Below, one piece after another: positions 51,025 to 63,740 of a stretch of DNA of 64,000 nt. Every line of letters begins with the position of its first letter. Positions within the stretch are counted from its first letter, which is position 1. A model generated the notes under the pieces. It was not told the origin of the DNA. It was given only the letters and a program-made list of their open reading frames with translations, and searched no databases. The position numbers and the translations under genes are program-made. The stretch is from positions 153,202,001 through 153,266,000 of the forward strand of contig NC_042998.1 of assembly GCF_006345805.1 (NCBI RefSeq), given 5' to 3'. Origin of the DNA: Octopus sinensis (Eukaryota).

Positions 51025-52410
51025 TTGTTCAAGATGGAGTCCCCCATCTCTTATTCGCCCGTGACGAGCGAGGATGAATACCCGGCGTTGTCGCCAAGAA
51101 AAAAAGAGGCGTTGTCGCCAAGTAAAAAAGAGGCGTTGTCGCCGAAGAAAAAAGAGGCGGCGTCGCCCAAGAAAATGGAAAAACCAGTACCAGCATCAAC
51201 TCCAGCAAAAAAATTCGCTGAAGTGGCTGGGAAAAAGATCAAAACAATAAATATAGAAAATTTTGAAAAATTTGCAGACTGTGTAAAAAAAGAAGGCACA
51301 GAAGTGACTGTGGCCACAAACATACAAAAACATGACGATATAGAAAAAAAAAGAATAATATATAAAACTTACGACACGACAAAAATGATCCAAAAAATCG
51401 AAGAAAAAAAAATAGAGTTTTGTCTAAAACCTTTTATGGATAAAATAACGTATATAAACAGAGGAAAAAGATACGGCACAGTGGAGGTGCGTTTTACTAC
51501 GGAGGAGATAGCGAAAAAACTATCGATGGAGCCGATCAAAGCAGAAAACATTGTCTTACTACCATTGTATAAAGGAAAAAGGACGTCGAAAATTTCAATG
51601 AACAACATACCGCCAGAGGCAGATGCTGAATGTCTGGTGGCAGCAGTGATGGTAGGTCTGGAGGAAAAAATAAACATCCTCCAGGCCACAGTGGAGGAAG
51701 AGGAGTTTTGGAAAGGGCAGAAAATAGTGATAGCCATTCAGGCGGAGGTGCAAACACTGGAAGAAATTCCAGAAATGGTAAAGATTAGTGAAGACGAGAA
51801 AATAACAGTTTTCGTGGAGGGCAGAAAGCCGAGGTGCTTCGGCTGCGGCAAGAAGGGTCATGTAAGGGCGGAATGCCAACCCCAACCCAAACCGCAGGAA
51901 GCACCTAAGCCAAAAGAAAAAGAAGATAATGTGTCACCAGAAGCAGCGTCGGACGGCCCAGAAGGGAAGACTGAAGGTGTGGAGGTGACGGTGACAGCAG
52001 AACCAGCGGCGGAGGAAAAAAAGAGCGAGGAAAAGATAAATGAGGAGGGGTGGGCAAAAATTACCGGAAAAAAAAAAGAAAAACGGAAACCACCCCTCCC
52101 AGAGTAATTTTAAAAAAAAAAAAAAGAGTCAATGAACTCGTATATGGCCGTAAAGGCAGCAAATAGCAGACTCGGAAACGTGTTGGCAGCCATGGCCAAA
52201 GTGGAGAAGGTAGTGAAAATAAACGACTTTGTAATTTACAGAATAGGCTGGAAGGATTACGGGCGGATAAAGTCAGAATTCTTCCATGACGTAGGCCCAC
52301 TTAGATTGGATGTGACATCTCCACATATATTCGAGGGCCTACGTCAGACTCCCCCACGAGGCCCAGAAAAAGAGTTAGAAGAACAAGAGAAAACCGAACC
52401 ACTGATATAA
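51025..52410 (+). CDS. Tx1-like ORF1, copy 1 (frameshift in A-runs near 52070-52125)
   Basis: CFGCGKKGHVRAEC knuckle; 51025-52107 plus 52132-52410 correspond to the continuous C-terminus of copy 2. Confidence 0.8.
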
Positions 52411-52418
52411 GGTAAGTA

Positions 52419-55400
52419 ATGGATTACATTTATGTTGGTTGTTTGAATGTGCGCGGCCTGGGAGCAGGCTGGAAGCAAGGTCGCTTCCTGCATGATATCA
52501 GGTCACGTAATTTAGATGTTATTGTTGCTACAGAAACCTGGTTAGTGGGGCCAAGAGGTCTACTCCCGCTGTTTCACGGCTACGAGAGTTTTTTCTCTCC
52601 TGGCAGTCCTACTGGCGGAAGTGGGGTGTTGGTCCTAATAAAAAGAAACCGGGTTTCTGAGAAAAAGTTAATTTTTGCAGATCCAGAAGGTAGGCTGGTC
52701 GTCATGGATTTGACGTTCAGTAATGGTAAAGTTATCAGACTGGTTGCAATTTACGCACCCAACCATACAGGGCAAAGTGATTATTTTCGTGAACTAGAAA
52801 ACTTTCTTGGTACTTCGCATTCATTAGTGGTGCTAGGAGACTTTAACACAATTTGCAAAGCGTATGTAGATTGTGTTGGCTCGCGTCCAGATAGAAAAGG
52901 CAACAGTGGCTTCATGGAACTGCTAAGCCGCTTTGAGCTAGCAGATCCTTATAGGCTGGAATTTCCGAACGCTCCATTGTGGACATGGTCAAACAGCGAC
53001 GGATCTTCCAGGTCATATTTAGATAGAATACTAATTAGAAAAGTAGACAGTAAAATAGCTAAGTGTCCACAGTTTTACCCGATCAGCTACAGTGATCATA
53101 AAATGGTCACTTGTAAGCTTGACATAGATAAGGTTAAAAATAGAGGATCCGGTTACTGGAAACTTAATACGTCCCTTTTGGCGATTAAGGAGTACAAAGA
53201 CCGGATTAGGAATATAATTCAGAGGGCACTATCTGGTACCATCATTAATAACAAATGGTGGTACGCCCTCAAACGAGCCATCAAGTTTGAGTCTATAAGA
53301 TATAGCATAGGAGTAGTGGCTAGAGAGGCTAGAAGGGAAACTACTCTAGTTAAGGAATTAGAGGAAGCCATGAAAACTGGCTCTGCGGCTCAGGTGGCGT
53401 CCAAGAGACTGGTGTTAAACCAGCACCTCGAGGCCAAACACATGGGCTGCATTGTCAGGGCTAGAATCCGCCATATGGGATGTGAAGGAATCAACGCCGT
53501 GAGATGGGCCCGAGTGGTGGAAGCTCGGCATGGTAACGATGCCACGATTCGATCTTTGACGAACCAACAAGGTGAGTTGATAAACGAACCCGAGGAGATG
53601 TGTGAGGCCTTTCAGGAGCACTTCGCTCAGCTTTTCGGTGAGTGCGGCGGACTGGATAGGAGGAGGGCCTTTACGGACCTACTCGACGGGCTGCCGCGCT
53701 TATCGGGGCGAGATGCAGAGGGCTGTGAAGGGCCAATCACGCCTGAGGAGGTGGTTGAGGCAATGGCGGACTGCGGCGCGGGCAAGGCGCCGGTTTGGAT
53801 GGTCTACCCTATGAGTTATATAAGAGTATGCCAGACTTGTTCGGGCACCTACTGGCGGAGGTCTATGCGAACTGGCAGCAGAACGGGCTTATACCCAGAT
53901 CTGTGCGCCGGGGAGTAGTGACTCTCGTCAGAAAGGACCCGAGCAAGGGGGAGTGCATTGATAATTTCAGGCCCATCACTCTGCTAAACACAGAGTTGAA
54001 GATTTTGGCCAAAGTGTTATCGAAAAGATTGGCGCGTGTCGCGGATGGTCTGATTGGAGAGGCACAGACATGTGCCGTTCCGGGCAGATCCTTTCAGGAT
54101 AATCTCCATCTAATGCGGTACACTATAGAGAGGTTTAATAGTGATTCTGGCAAGGGTGGGGCACTGGTCCATTTAGACCAATCTAAAGCTTTTGATAGGG
54201 TCGACCATCGTTACCTGGTATCTGCCCTGGCACAGTTCGGGCTGAGCCTTGGCTTCCTCAGGTGGATTATCCAAATTTATGATAACATCGACTCGGTAGT
54301 TTGGGTGAACGGCTTCTTGTCGAAGCCGTTCAAAATCAAACGCTCGGTTCGTCAAGGGTGTCCGCTCTCCCCGCTTTTGTACGTGATGGCTCTTGAGCCA
54401 TTACTGCGAAAACTGAGCGGCATCCCGAGACAGCCAGGTAATGGAAAATCAGTGTCAGCGTACGCGGATGACATCACCATCATCGTAACCGAAATGGACC
54501 ACCTATGTAAAGTAGGCAAGGCCATAGAGGTTTACGAGACGGTGACAGGAGCAAAAGTTAATCGCGAAAAGTCAGTCGGCTTGCAACTCGGCACCTGGAG
54601 AGGCAAGTCGATGCCTCCTGACAGCGTCGTGGGACGTTGGACGGAGGGTCCGATTAAACTGCTAGGGGTCTGGTTCGGTCCAGACCTCCAAATAGAGAAG
54701 AATTGGGGCGAGGTAACGAGCAAGGTGGCTGCAGTAGCCAAGACCTGGTCTTGGCGGTGGCTATCCCTGAAAGGGAGGGCGGAGGTGGCCAATGTGTTTA
54801 TCGCATCGGTTATCACCTACCGCCTTTCCGTCGTTCCTTGCCCTGATTTGTGGTTGATCAAGTTGGAAAGACAGCTCTTCTACTTCTTGTGGAAGGGCGG
54901 GAAACCACTTGTGAAACGCTCTACTTGCTGTCAACAACCGTTAAAGGGTGGGCTAGGGATGCCTTGGCTGATGATGCGCAGACATGCGCTGAGGTTAAGA
55001 CATCTGTGGCTCTACCTGGATGGTGAACGGGTGTGGTCTTCGCTAGCAAAACTGATGTTTCCCAAGTTCACTAGTTTCGGTGGATGGGAAACCTGGCTGA
55101 ATCGTAGATCGAAACTTGGTACTTGGTACATGGAGTGTCGCAAGGCTCTCCTGCTATTCCATCGCTCGGGCAACGCCTGCGGTGGGGGTTCCACCACATT
55201 CTTCTATAGAGGGTTGGTAGAGGCGGAATGTGAAGATACCTTGGGGGAAACCCTAGGTCTCGACGATAATCAGCTGGCCAGTCTGTTCCGACGTACGTTC
55301 GAGCCGAGGACACTGGACAACTTCCAGAAGTCTCTGGCATGGCAATGCTACAGAGGAGCTCTACCTGTTCGGGATAAACTCGCAAGGCACGGTGGCCAAG

Positions 55401-55813
55401 ACAGTCCGATATGTCCAAGATGCGGGCGGGATAGGGAAACTGTCCCGCACGCTATTGTTCATTGTCCGGACGTGTCTGAGGTGTGGGTTTATGCCGAACA
55501 GCTGTTGTCAGGTACACGAAGAGTACAGCTGTCGACTGAGTCGATTACAAAAATTGACCCACCGGATTTCCTCGTGAATGAAGGTAAGTTTCGTTTTCTC
55601 GTTGTAGTAGCAATTGCGAAAGAGGTGATATGGAAGACGAGAATGAAAGGTTTACAGTCAGGCAAGTTCATCTCCGGCCCTGGTTTGATGAATTATTTCA
55701 TCTTTCACCTGAAAAGGAAGATAGGGCTGGAGAGAATATGCCTGACTAGGAGAGTGTATGAAGAACGATGGAAGGATGTAGCACGAAAGTTGCGAGTGAA
55801 AGATACAACATAA
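52419..55813 (+). CDS. Tx1-like ORF2 (APE-RT-zinc finger), copy 1, one 1-nt frameshift at ~53790
   Basis: LNVRGL, ETW, LGDFN, DRIL, SDH; PITLLNTELKIL, QGCPLSPLLY, YADD; CPRCG..HAIVHC. Confidence 0.88.
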
Positions 55814-56284
55814 ATGTAATACCAAGCGCGACCAATAGTATCAGTGGGGAGGCGGGGCTCGTGGGGTCCGAGCTAAACCCGCACCCACTCCACCCGTAAT
55901 GTCTTCCGGTCTGTCCCATCATTTGATTTCTGTCCATTTATTGTAATTCATGAAAATTTTTTAATTCGATTTATTGTAAAAACCCATTCGTGTGTCTGAC
56001 CCCATCATCAGATTGTATTGTCCCATCTTTGTTCGCCCCTTGTGGGTAATAATAAAACAACCTGGAGGAAAGCAATTTGCGTGTATAGTAAGTTATTATA
56101 TTTTGCCATCGTATTTATTCTCTCCGTTATAATCTACTGTGTGTCTACCTGCTTTGTTTATTGCTGTACAACTGTTGAAGTCAGCCTTCGTGCGAGGACT
56201 TCGTGGTGGTGTTCCCCCCTCCATGGGGGAAAAAATATCATTTATCTGGGATTTACCAAGGGCTTGTTAAGCCAGTTGTTCGAG

Positions 56285-57630
56285 ATGGAATCCCCCATCT
56301 CATATTTTCCCGTGACTAGTGAAGAAGAATCTCCGGCGGTGTCGCCAAAGAAAAAAGAGGCGGTGTCGCCAAAGAAAAAAGAGGCGGTGGCGCCAAAGAA
56401 AAAGGAAACCCCTGCACCAGCACCAGCACCAGCGAAAAAATTCTCAGAAGTAGCTGGTAAGAAAATCAAAAAAATAAACGTAGAAGACTTAAAGAAATAT
56501 GTGGACTGTGTTACAAAAGAGGGCACGGAAGTGACAGTGGTCTCAAACGCCCAAAAACATGAGGAAATCGAAAAAAGAAGAATAATCTATAAGACCTTTA
56601 ATACGACAACCAAAATGATACAAAAAATTGAGGAAAAAAAATCGAGAATTGTTTAAAACCATTAATGGACAAGATCACATACATCAACAGAGGAAAGAGA
56701 TACGGCACAGTAGAGGTGCGTTTCACAACAGAGGAGATAGCAAAAAAACTGTCGATGGAGCCAATAAAAGCGGAGAACATTGTTCTCCTCCCCTTGTATA
56801 GAGGAAAAAGAACATCGAAAATCACGATGAATAACATTCCGCCAGAGGCAGATGCCGAATGTCTGGTGGCAGCAGTCATGGTAGGCCTGGAGGAAAAAAT
56901 AAACATCCTCCAGGCCACAGTAGAGGAGGAGGAATTCTGGAAAGGGCAGCGGATAGTAATAGCCATTCAGGCAGAAATTCAAACACTGGAGGAGATTCCA
57001 GAAACCCTAAAAATAAGTGAAGACGATAGAATAACAGTTTTCATTGAGGGCAGAAAGCCGAGGTGCTTCGGCTGCGGCAAGAAGGGTCATGTAAGGGCGG
57101 AATGCCAACCCCAACCCAAACCGCAGGAAGCACCTCAGCCAGGTGAAAAAGAAGATGAAGTGTCACCAGAAGCAGCGCCGGGCGGCCCAGAAGGGACGAC
57201 TGAAGGTGTGGAGGTGACAGAGGCAGCAGAACCAGCGGCAGAGGAAAAAAAGAGCAATGAGGAGGGGTGGTCAAAAATCACCAGAAAAAAAAGAAAAACG
57301 GAAACCACCCCTCCCAGAGTGATCCAAAAGAAGAAAAGAGAATCAATGAACTCATATATGGCCGTTAAGGCATCAAACAACAGACTCGGGAACGTGTTGG
57401 CAGCTATGGCCAAAGTGGAAAAAATAGGAAAAGAGAATGACTATATAGTTTACAGAATAGGCCGGAAGGATTACGGGCGGATAAAGTCCGAATTCTTTCA
57501 TGACGTAGGCCCGCTCAGAATGGATTTAACATCTCCATATATATTCGAGGGCCTACGTCAGACTCCCCCACGAGGCCCAGAAAAAGAGATAAACAAAGAA
57601 GAAAAAGAAAAAACCGAACCACTGATATAA
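56285..57630 (+). CDS. Tx1-like ORF1, copy 2 (1-nt shortfall in the A-run at ~56634-56641)
   Basis: MESPISY start; CCHC knuckle; ends EPLI*. Confidence 0.78.
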
Positions 57631-57639
57631 AGGTAAGTA

Positions 57640-60600
57640 ATGGATTACATTTATGTTGGTTGTTTGAATGTGCGCGGCCTGGGAGCAGGCTGGAAGCAAG
57701 GTCGCTTCCTGCATGATATCAGGTCACGTAATTTAGATGTTATTGTTGCTACAGAAACCTGGTTAGAGGGGCCAAGAGGTCTACTCCCGCTGTTTCACGG
57801 CTACGAGAGTTTTTTCTCTCCTGGCAGTCCTACTGGCGGAAGTGGGGTGTTGGTCCTAATAAAAAGAAACCGGGTTTCTGAGAAAAAGTTAATTTTTGCA
57901 GATCCAGAAGGTAGGCTGGTCGTCATGGATTTGACGTTCAGTAATGGTAAAGTTATCAGACTGGTTGCAATTTACGCACCCAACCATACAGGGCAAAGTG
58001 ATTATTTTCGTGAACTAGAAAACTTTCTTGGTACTTCGCATTCATTAGTTGTGCTAGGAGACTTTAACACAATTTGCAAAGCGGATGTAGATTGTGTTGG
58101 CTCGCGTTCAGATAGAAAAGGTAACAGTGGCTTCATGGAACTGCTAAGCCGCTTTGAGCTAGCAGATCCTTATAGGCTGGAATTTCCGAACGCTCTATTG
58201 TGGACATGGTCAAACAGCGACGGATCTTCCAGGTCATATTTAGATAGAATACTAATTAGAAAAGTAGACAGAAAAATAACTAAGTGTCCACAGTTTTACC
58301 CGATCAGCTACAGTGATCATAAAATAGTCACTTGTAAGCTTGACATAGATAAGGTTAAAAATAGAGGATCCGGTTACTGGAAACTTAATACGTCCCTTTT
58401 GGCGATTAAGGAGTACAAAGACCGGATTAGGAATATAATTCAGAGGGCACTATCTGGTACCATCATTAATAACAAATGGTGGTACGCCCTCAAACGAGCC
58501 ATCAAGTTCGAGTCAATTAGATATAGCATAGGAGTAGTGGCTAGAGAGGCTAGAAGGGAAACTACTCTAGTTAAGGAATTAGAGGAAGCCTTGAAAACTG
58601 GCTCTGTGGCTCAGGTGGCGTCCAAGAGACTGGTGTTAAACCAGCACCTCGAGGCCAAACACATGGGCTGCATTGTCAGGGCTAGGATCCGCCATATGGG
58701 TTGTGAAGGAATCAACGCCGTGAGATGGGCCCGAGTGGTGGAAGCTCAGCATGGTAACGATGCCACGATTCGATCTTTGACGAACCAACAAGGTGAATTG
58801 ATAAACGAGCCCGAGGAGATGTGTGAGGCCTTTCAGGAGCACTTCGCTCAGCTTTTCGGTGAGTGCGGCGGACTGGATAGGAGGAGGGCCTTTACTGACC
58901 TACTCGACGGGCTGCCGCGCTTATCGGGGCGAGATGCGGAGGGCTGTGAAGAGCCAATCACGCCTGAGGAGGTGGTTGAGGCAATGGCGGACTGCGGCGC
59001 GGGAAGGCGCCGGGTTTGGATGGTTTACCCTATGAGTTATATAAGAGTATGCCAGACTTGTTCGGGCACCTACTGGCGGAGGTCTATGCGAACTGGCAGC
59101 AGAACGGGCTTATACCCAGATCTGTGCGCCGGGGAGTAGTGACACTCGTCAGAAAGGACCCGAACAAGGGGGAATGCATTGATAATTTCAGGCCCATCAC
59201 TCTGCTAAACACAGAGTTGAAGATTTTGGCCAAAGTGTTATCGAAAAGATTGGCACGTGTCGCGGATGGTCTGATCGGGGAGGCACAGACATGTGCCGTT
59301 CCTGGCAGAACCATTCAGGATAATCTCCATCTTATGCGGTACACTATAGAGGGGTTTAATAGTGATTCTGGCAAGGGTGGGGCACTGGTCCATTTAGACC
59401 AATCTAAAGCATTTGATAGGGTCGACCATCGTTACCTGGTATCTGCCCTGGCACAGTTCGGGCTGAGCCTTGGCTTCCTCAGGTGGATTATCCAAATTTA
59501 CGATAACATTGACTCGGTAGTTCGGGTGAACGGCTTCTTGTCGAAGCCGTTCAAAATCAAGCGCTTGGTTCGTCAAGGGTGTCCGCTCTCCCCGCTTTTG
59601 TATGTGATGGCTCTTGAGCCATTACTGCGAAAACGGAGCGGCATCCTGAGACAGCCAGGTAGTGGAAAATCGGTGTCAGCGTACGCGGATGACATCACCA
59701 TCATCGTAACCGAAATGGACCACCTATGTAAAGTAGGCAAGGCCATAGAGGTTTACGAGACGGTGACAGGAGCAAAAGTTAATCGCGAAAAGTCAGTCGG
59801 CTTGCAACTCGGCACCTGGAGAGGCAAGTCGATGCCTCCTGACAGCGTCTCGGGACATTGGACGGAGGGTCCGATTAAATTGCTAGGGGTCTGGTTCGGT
59901 CCAGACCTCCAAATAGAGAAGAATTGGGACGAGGTATCGAGCAGGGTGGCTGCAGTAACCAAGACCTGGTCTTGGCCGTGGCTATCTCTGAAAGGGAGGG
60001 CGGAGGTGGCCAATGTGTTTATCGCATCGGTCATCACCTACCGCCTTTCCGTCGTTCCTTGCCCTGATTCGTGGTTGATCAAGTTGGAAAGACAGCTCTT
60101 CTACTTCTTGTGGAAGGGCGGGAAACCACTTGTGAAACGCTCTACTTGCTGTCAACAACCGTTAAAGGGTGGGCTAGGGATGCCTTGGCTGATGATGCGC
60201 AGACATGCGCTGAGGTTAAGACATCTGTGGCTCTACCTGGATGGTGAACGGGTGTGGTCTCCGCTAGCAAAACTGATGTTTCTCAAGTTCACTAGTTTCG
60301 GTGGATGGGAAACCTGGCTGAATCGTAGATCGAAACTTTGCACTTGGTACACGGAGTGTTGCAAGGCTCTCCTGCTATTCCGTCGCTCGGGCAACGCCTG
60401 CGGTGGGAGTTCCACCACATTCTTCTATAGAGGGTTGGTAGAGGCGGAATGTGAAGATACCTTGGGGGAAACCCTGGGTCTCGACGATAATCAGCTGGCC
60501 AGTCTGTTCCGACGTACGTTCAAGCCGAAGACACTGGACAACTTCCAGAAGTCTCTGGCATGGTAATGCTACAGAGGAGCTCTACCTGTTCGGGATAAAC

Positions 60601-61034
60601 TCGCAAGGCACGGTGGCCAAGACAGTCCGATATGTCCAAGATGCGGGCGGGATAGGGAAACCATCCCGCACGCTATTGTTCATTGTCCGGACGTGTTTGA
60701 GGTGTGGGTTTATGCCGAACAGCTGTTGTCAAGTACACGAAGAGTACAGCTGTCGACTGAGTCGATTACAAAAATTGACCCACTGGATTTCCTCGTGAAT
60801 GAAGGTAAGTTTCGTTTTCTCGTTGTAGTAGCAATTGCGAAAGAGGTGATATGGAAGATGAGAATGAAAGGTTTACAGTCAGGCAAGTTCATCTCCGGCC
60901 CTGGTTTGATGAATTATTTCATCTTCCACCTGAAAAGGAAGATAGGGCTGGAGAGAATATGCCTGACTAAGAGAGTGTATGAAGAACGATGGAAAGATGT
61001 AGCACGAAAGTTGCGAGTGAATGATACAACATAA
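57640..61034 (+). pseudogene. Tx1-like ORF2, copy 2 (frameshift at ~59003, premature TAA at 60564-60566)
   Basis: Colinear with copy 1; CAA to TAA change at the W-Q-C-Y position. Confidence 0.88.
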
Positions 61035-61771
61035 ATGTAAAACCAAACGAAACCAAAAGTATCAGTGGGGAGGCGGGGCTCGTGGGGTCTGAGCTAAACC
61101 CGCACCCACTCCATCCGTAATGTCTTCCTGTCTGTTCCAACATTCGATTTCTGTCTATTTTTGTAAATTTTCTGTAAATTTTTAAAATTCGCTTTTTTGT
61201 AAAACCCATATCATGTATCTGACCCCATCATCAGATTGTATTGTCCCATCTATGTTCGCCCCTTGTGGGTAATAATAAAACAACCTGGAGGAAAGCACCA
61301 TCGAAAAGTGTCTTGGTGCGACTATGAAAGATATCTAACCAGAGGTGGTAAATCCGTCACAATAGAATCAAGGTTCGAGTCAACACAGCGTGCAAGGGAG
61401 TACTCGACTCGAACTTGCAAAGTGGAAATATTTTATTTTTACTTTCATATCTGGGACGTAGGATGTGCCGGATAAAAATTTTAAATGCCCCCCCCCCCCC
61501 CGAAGTTGAGGTAGGCTGGATTGTAGCCACACTTCTATACAAGAGGGAGGACAAGATACAATTGATCGAAATTGCAAGAGACAGGCTTACAATTCCAGTC
61601 TGTTATATATTTTGAGTATTGTTATCACTAGCGATATCAAGATATAACTTTGTATTTTGTATTTTATGTGTAGATGTATATATATAGATGTACATGTAAT
61701 ATGTACACATATATATACACATATATACATGCACTAGCACTATGACCTGGCAATGACGGGTCATAATGTAA

Positions 61772-61822
<51 letters not shown>

Positions 61823-61824
<2 letters not shown>

Positions 61825-62912
61825 AAGGGTTTCTTGCGCAGAGTGAAAGGTAGATTGTAAGACGTATCTGTGCAAACTCCCATGCTTCACTGCCGTGAAG
61901 CATGGGCTATGACTGCAGAGGACATGCGTAGGCTTGAAAGAAATGTAGCTAGCATGATCCACTGGATGTGTAATGTCAGTGTCTATGCATGACAGAGTGT
62001 TGGGCATTAGAAGCATTGGATGCAGTATGCAGGAGAGACGATTGCGTTGGTATGATCATGTACTATGGACGGATGAGGAGAGATGTATGAAGAAGTGCCA
62101 CTCCCAAACTGTTGAAGGAATCCGGGGTAGAGGTAGACACAGGAAGACATGGGACAAAGTGGTCAAGCATGACCTTCGTACGTTGAGCCTCACAGAGGCT
62201 ATGACGAAAGACTGAGACTTCTGGAGATATGCGGTAACTTCGAAGACCCAACAAATGAAGTGAGTTCATGGCTTGCAGGACTGCCTGCTGCACTTGAGGA
62301 GACCTATTGTGTCAAGTTCATCAACATCAAAATAAAAATCATATGGATATTGTAGTTGTGATATCCATGCCGGTGGCACGTACAGCCTCACAGAGGAAAT
62401 GACGAAGACTGAGACCCCTGAGATATGCTGTGACTGTGAAGACCCGACAAATGAAGTGAGTTCATGGCTCGCAGGATGGCCTACTGTGCTAACCTTGGAT
62501 CGTAGAGTGACCCGCTGTTCTCAAGGAGACCTATTGAGTCAAGTAGTCAATACCAATATCAAAATAAAAATCAAATGGAAATTGTAGTTAAGACACCTGT
62601 GCTGGTGACACGTAAAAAGCACTGTCCGAATGTGGCAGATGCCAGCACTGCCTGACTGGTGTCTGTGTCGGTAACACGTAAAATCACCAATTGATTGTGG
62701 CCGTTTGCCAGCCAGCTCTGGCCCCTATGCTGGTGGCATGTAAAAGCACCCACTACACTCACAGAGTGGTTGGTGTTAGGAAGGGCATCCAGCTGTATAA
62801 ACACTGCCAAACCAGACTGGAGCCTGGTGCAGCCTCCATGGCTTACCAGACCCCGGTCGAACCGTCCAACCCAAGCTAGCATGGAAAACGGACATTAAAT
62901 GATGATGATGAT
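61823..62912 (+). mobile_element. 5'-truncated RTE-clade LINE with (GAT)n tail
   Basis: VEGIRGRGRHRKTWDKVVKHDL; same family as 7760-8790. Confidence 0.85.
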
Positions 62913-63257
62913 ATATATATACATGCACACATAAGTACACACACATATATATGCATATACCCCCAGTCTCTCATACGCATATACAATTATTTGTGTTTAA
63001 TTTTGTTCAGTAACATTTCAAAAATATGTGGGAGGAGAGGGAATCAAGTAAGTTTTTAACTGGTGTGAAGATATTGATAATGATGTATAAAATTGGTTAG
63101 TAATTTAAGATAAATAATTAAATAATAATAATAGTCAGATGGATATTAAGAATAAACACATTATTAGATACATATATATATACACATACACATACAAGTG
63201 TAAATAAATAAATAAATAGTCACATATTGATTTGAATAATATATGCGCATATATATA

Positions 63258-63295
<38 letters not shown>

Positions 63296-63298
<3 letters not shown>

Positions 63299-63600
63299 TA
63301 TTATAAAAGGCAGATTTTATCTGCTTCCCTTTGTATCTTATAGAAATCTACAATATAGGATTTCTTCAATTACAATTTACCTAGCATTTTTAAGAGTAGA
63401 ATGCATCGGGTCGTGCCAGGTCCACTTTTTAAAATTTCAACCCCAATTAAGCAAAATTCAGAGAAAACTCACATTGTGGTGTATGAGTCAAATGCTTCTC
63501 TTAGTGTGGGATACAGCACACGCAAACGCACACACACAGTGTGCAACGAATAAAGTGAAAGTGATTCACTTTCTGTAGTGAGTGACTCTTTCACTCTGCC
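63296..63600 (+). mobile_element. possible Helitron-like repeat 5' end inserted in (TA)n
   Basis: Starts TC-ttattataaaaggc directly after (TA)n; resemblance only. Confidence 0.3.
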
Positions 63601-63740
63601 TCCCACTTCCTCTTTACACACATAGACACGCAAATATATAAATAAAATTGTAAGCTAACGTGCGTGTGTGTGAGTGTGTGTGTGTGTGTGTGTGTGCGTG
63701 TGTGAGAGTGCGTGTGTGTGCGTGCGTGAGTGTGTGACAG

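Larger units (their letters stand above)
50823..56059 (+). mobile_element. full-length Tx1-like (L1 clade) non-LTR retrotransposon, copy 1
   Basis: ORF1 with CCHC knuckle; ORF2 with APE endonuclease, RT and C-terminal zinc finger; flanked by ACCTGGAGGAAAGCA at 50808-50822 and 56060-56074. Confidence 0.93.
56075..61282 (+). mobile_element. full-length Tx1-like non-LTR retrotransposon, copy 2
   Basis: Same architecture as copy 1; flanked by ACCTGGAGGAAAGCA at 56060-56074 and 61283-61297. Confidence 0.93.

Noticed and set aside
50808-61297. Thrice-repeated 15-mer as a CRISPR-like array or LTR
   Set aside because: The spacers are 5.2-kb LINEs; the repeat is best explained as a target-site duplication.
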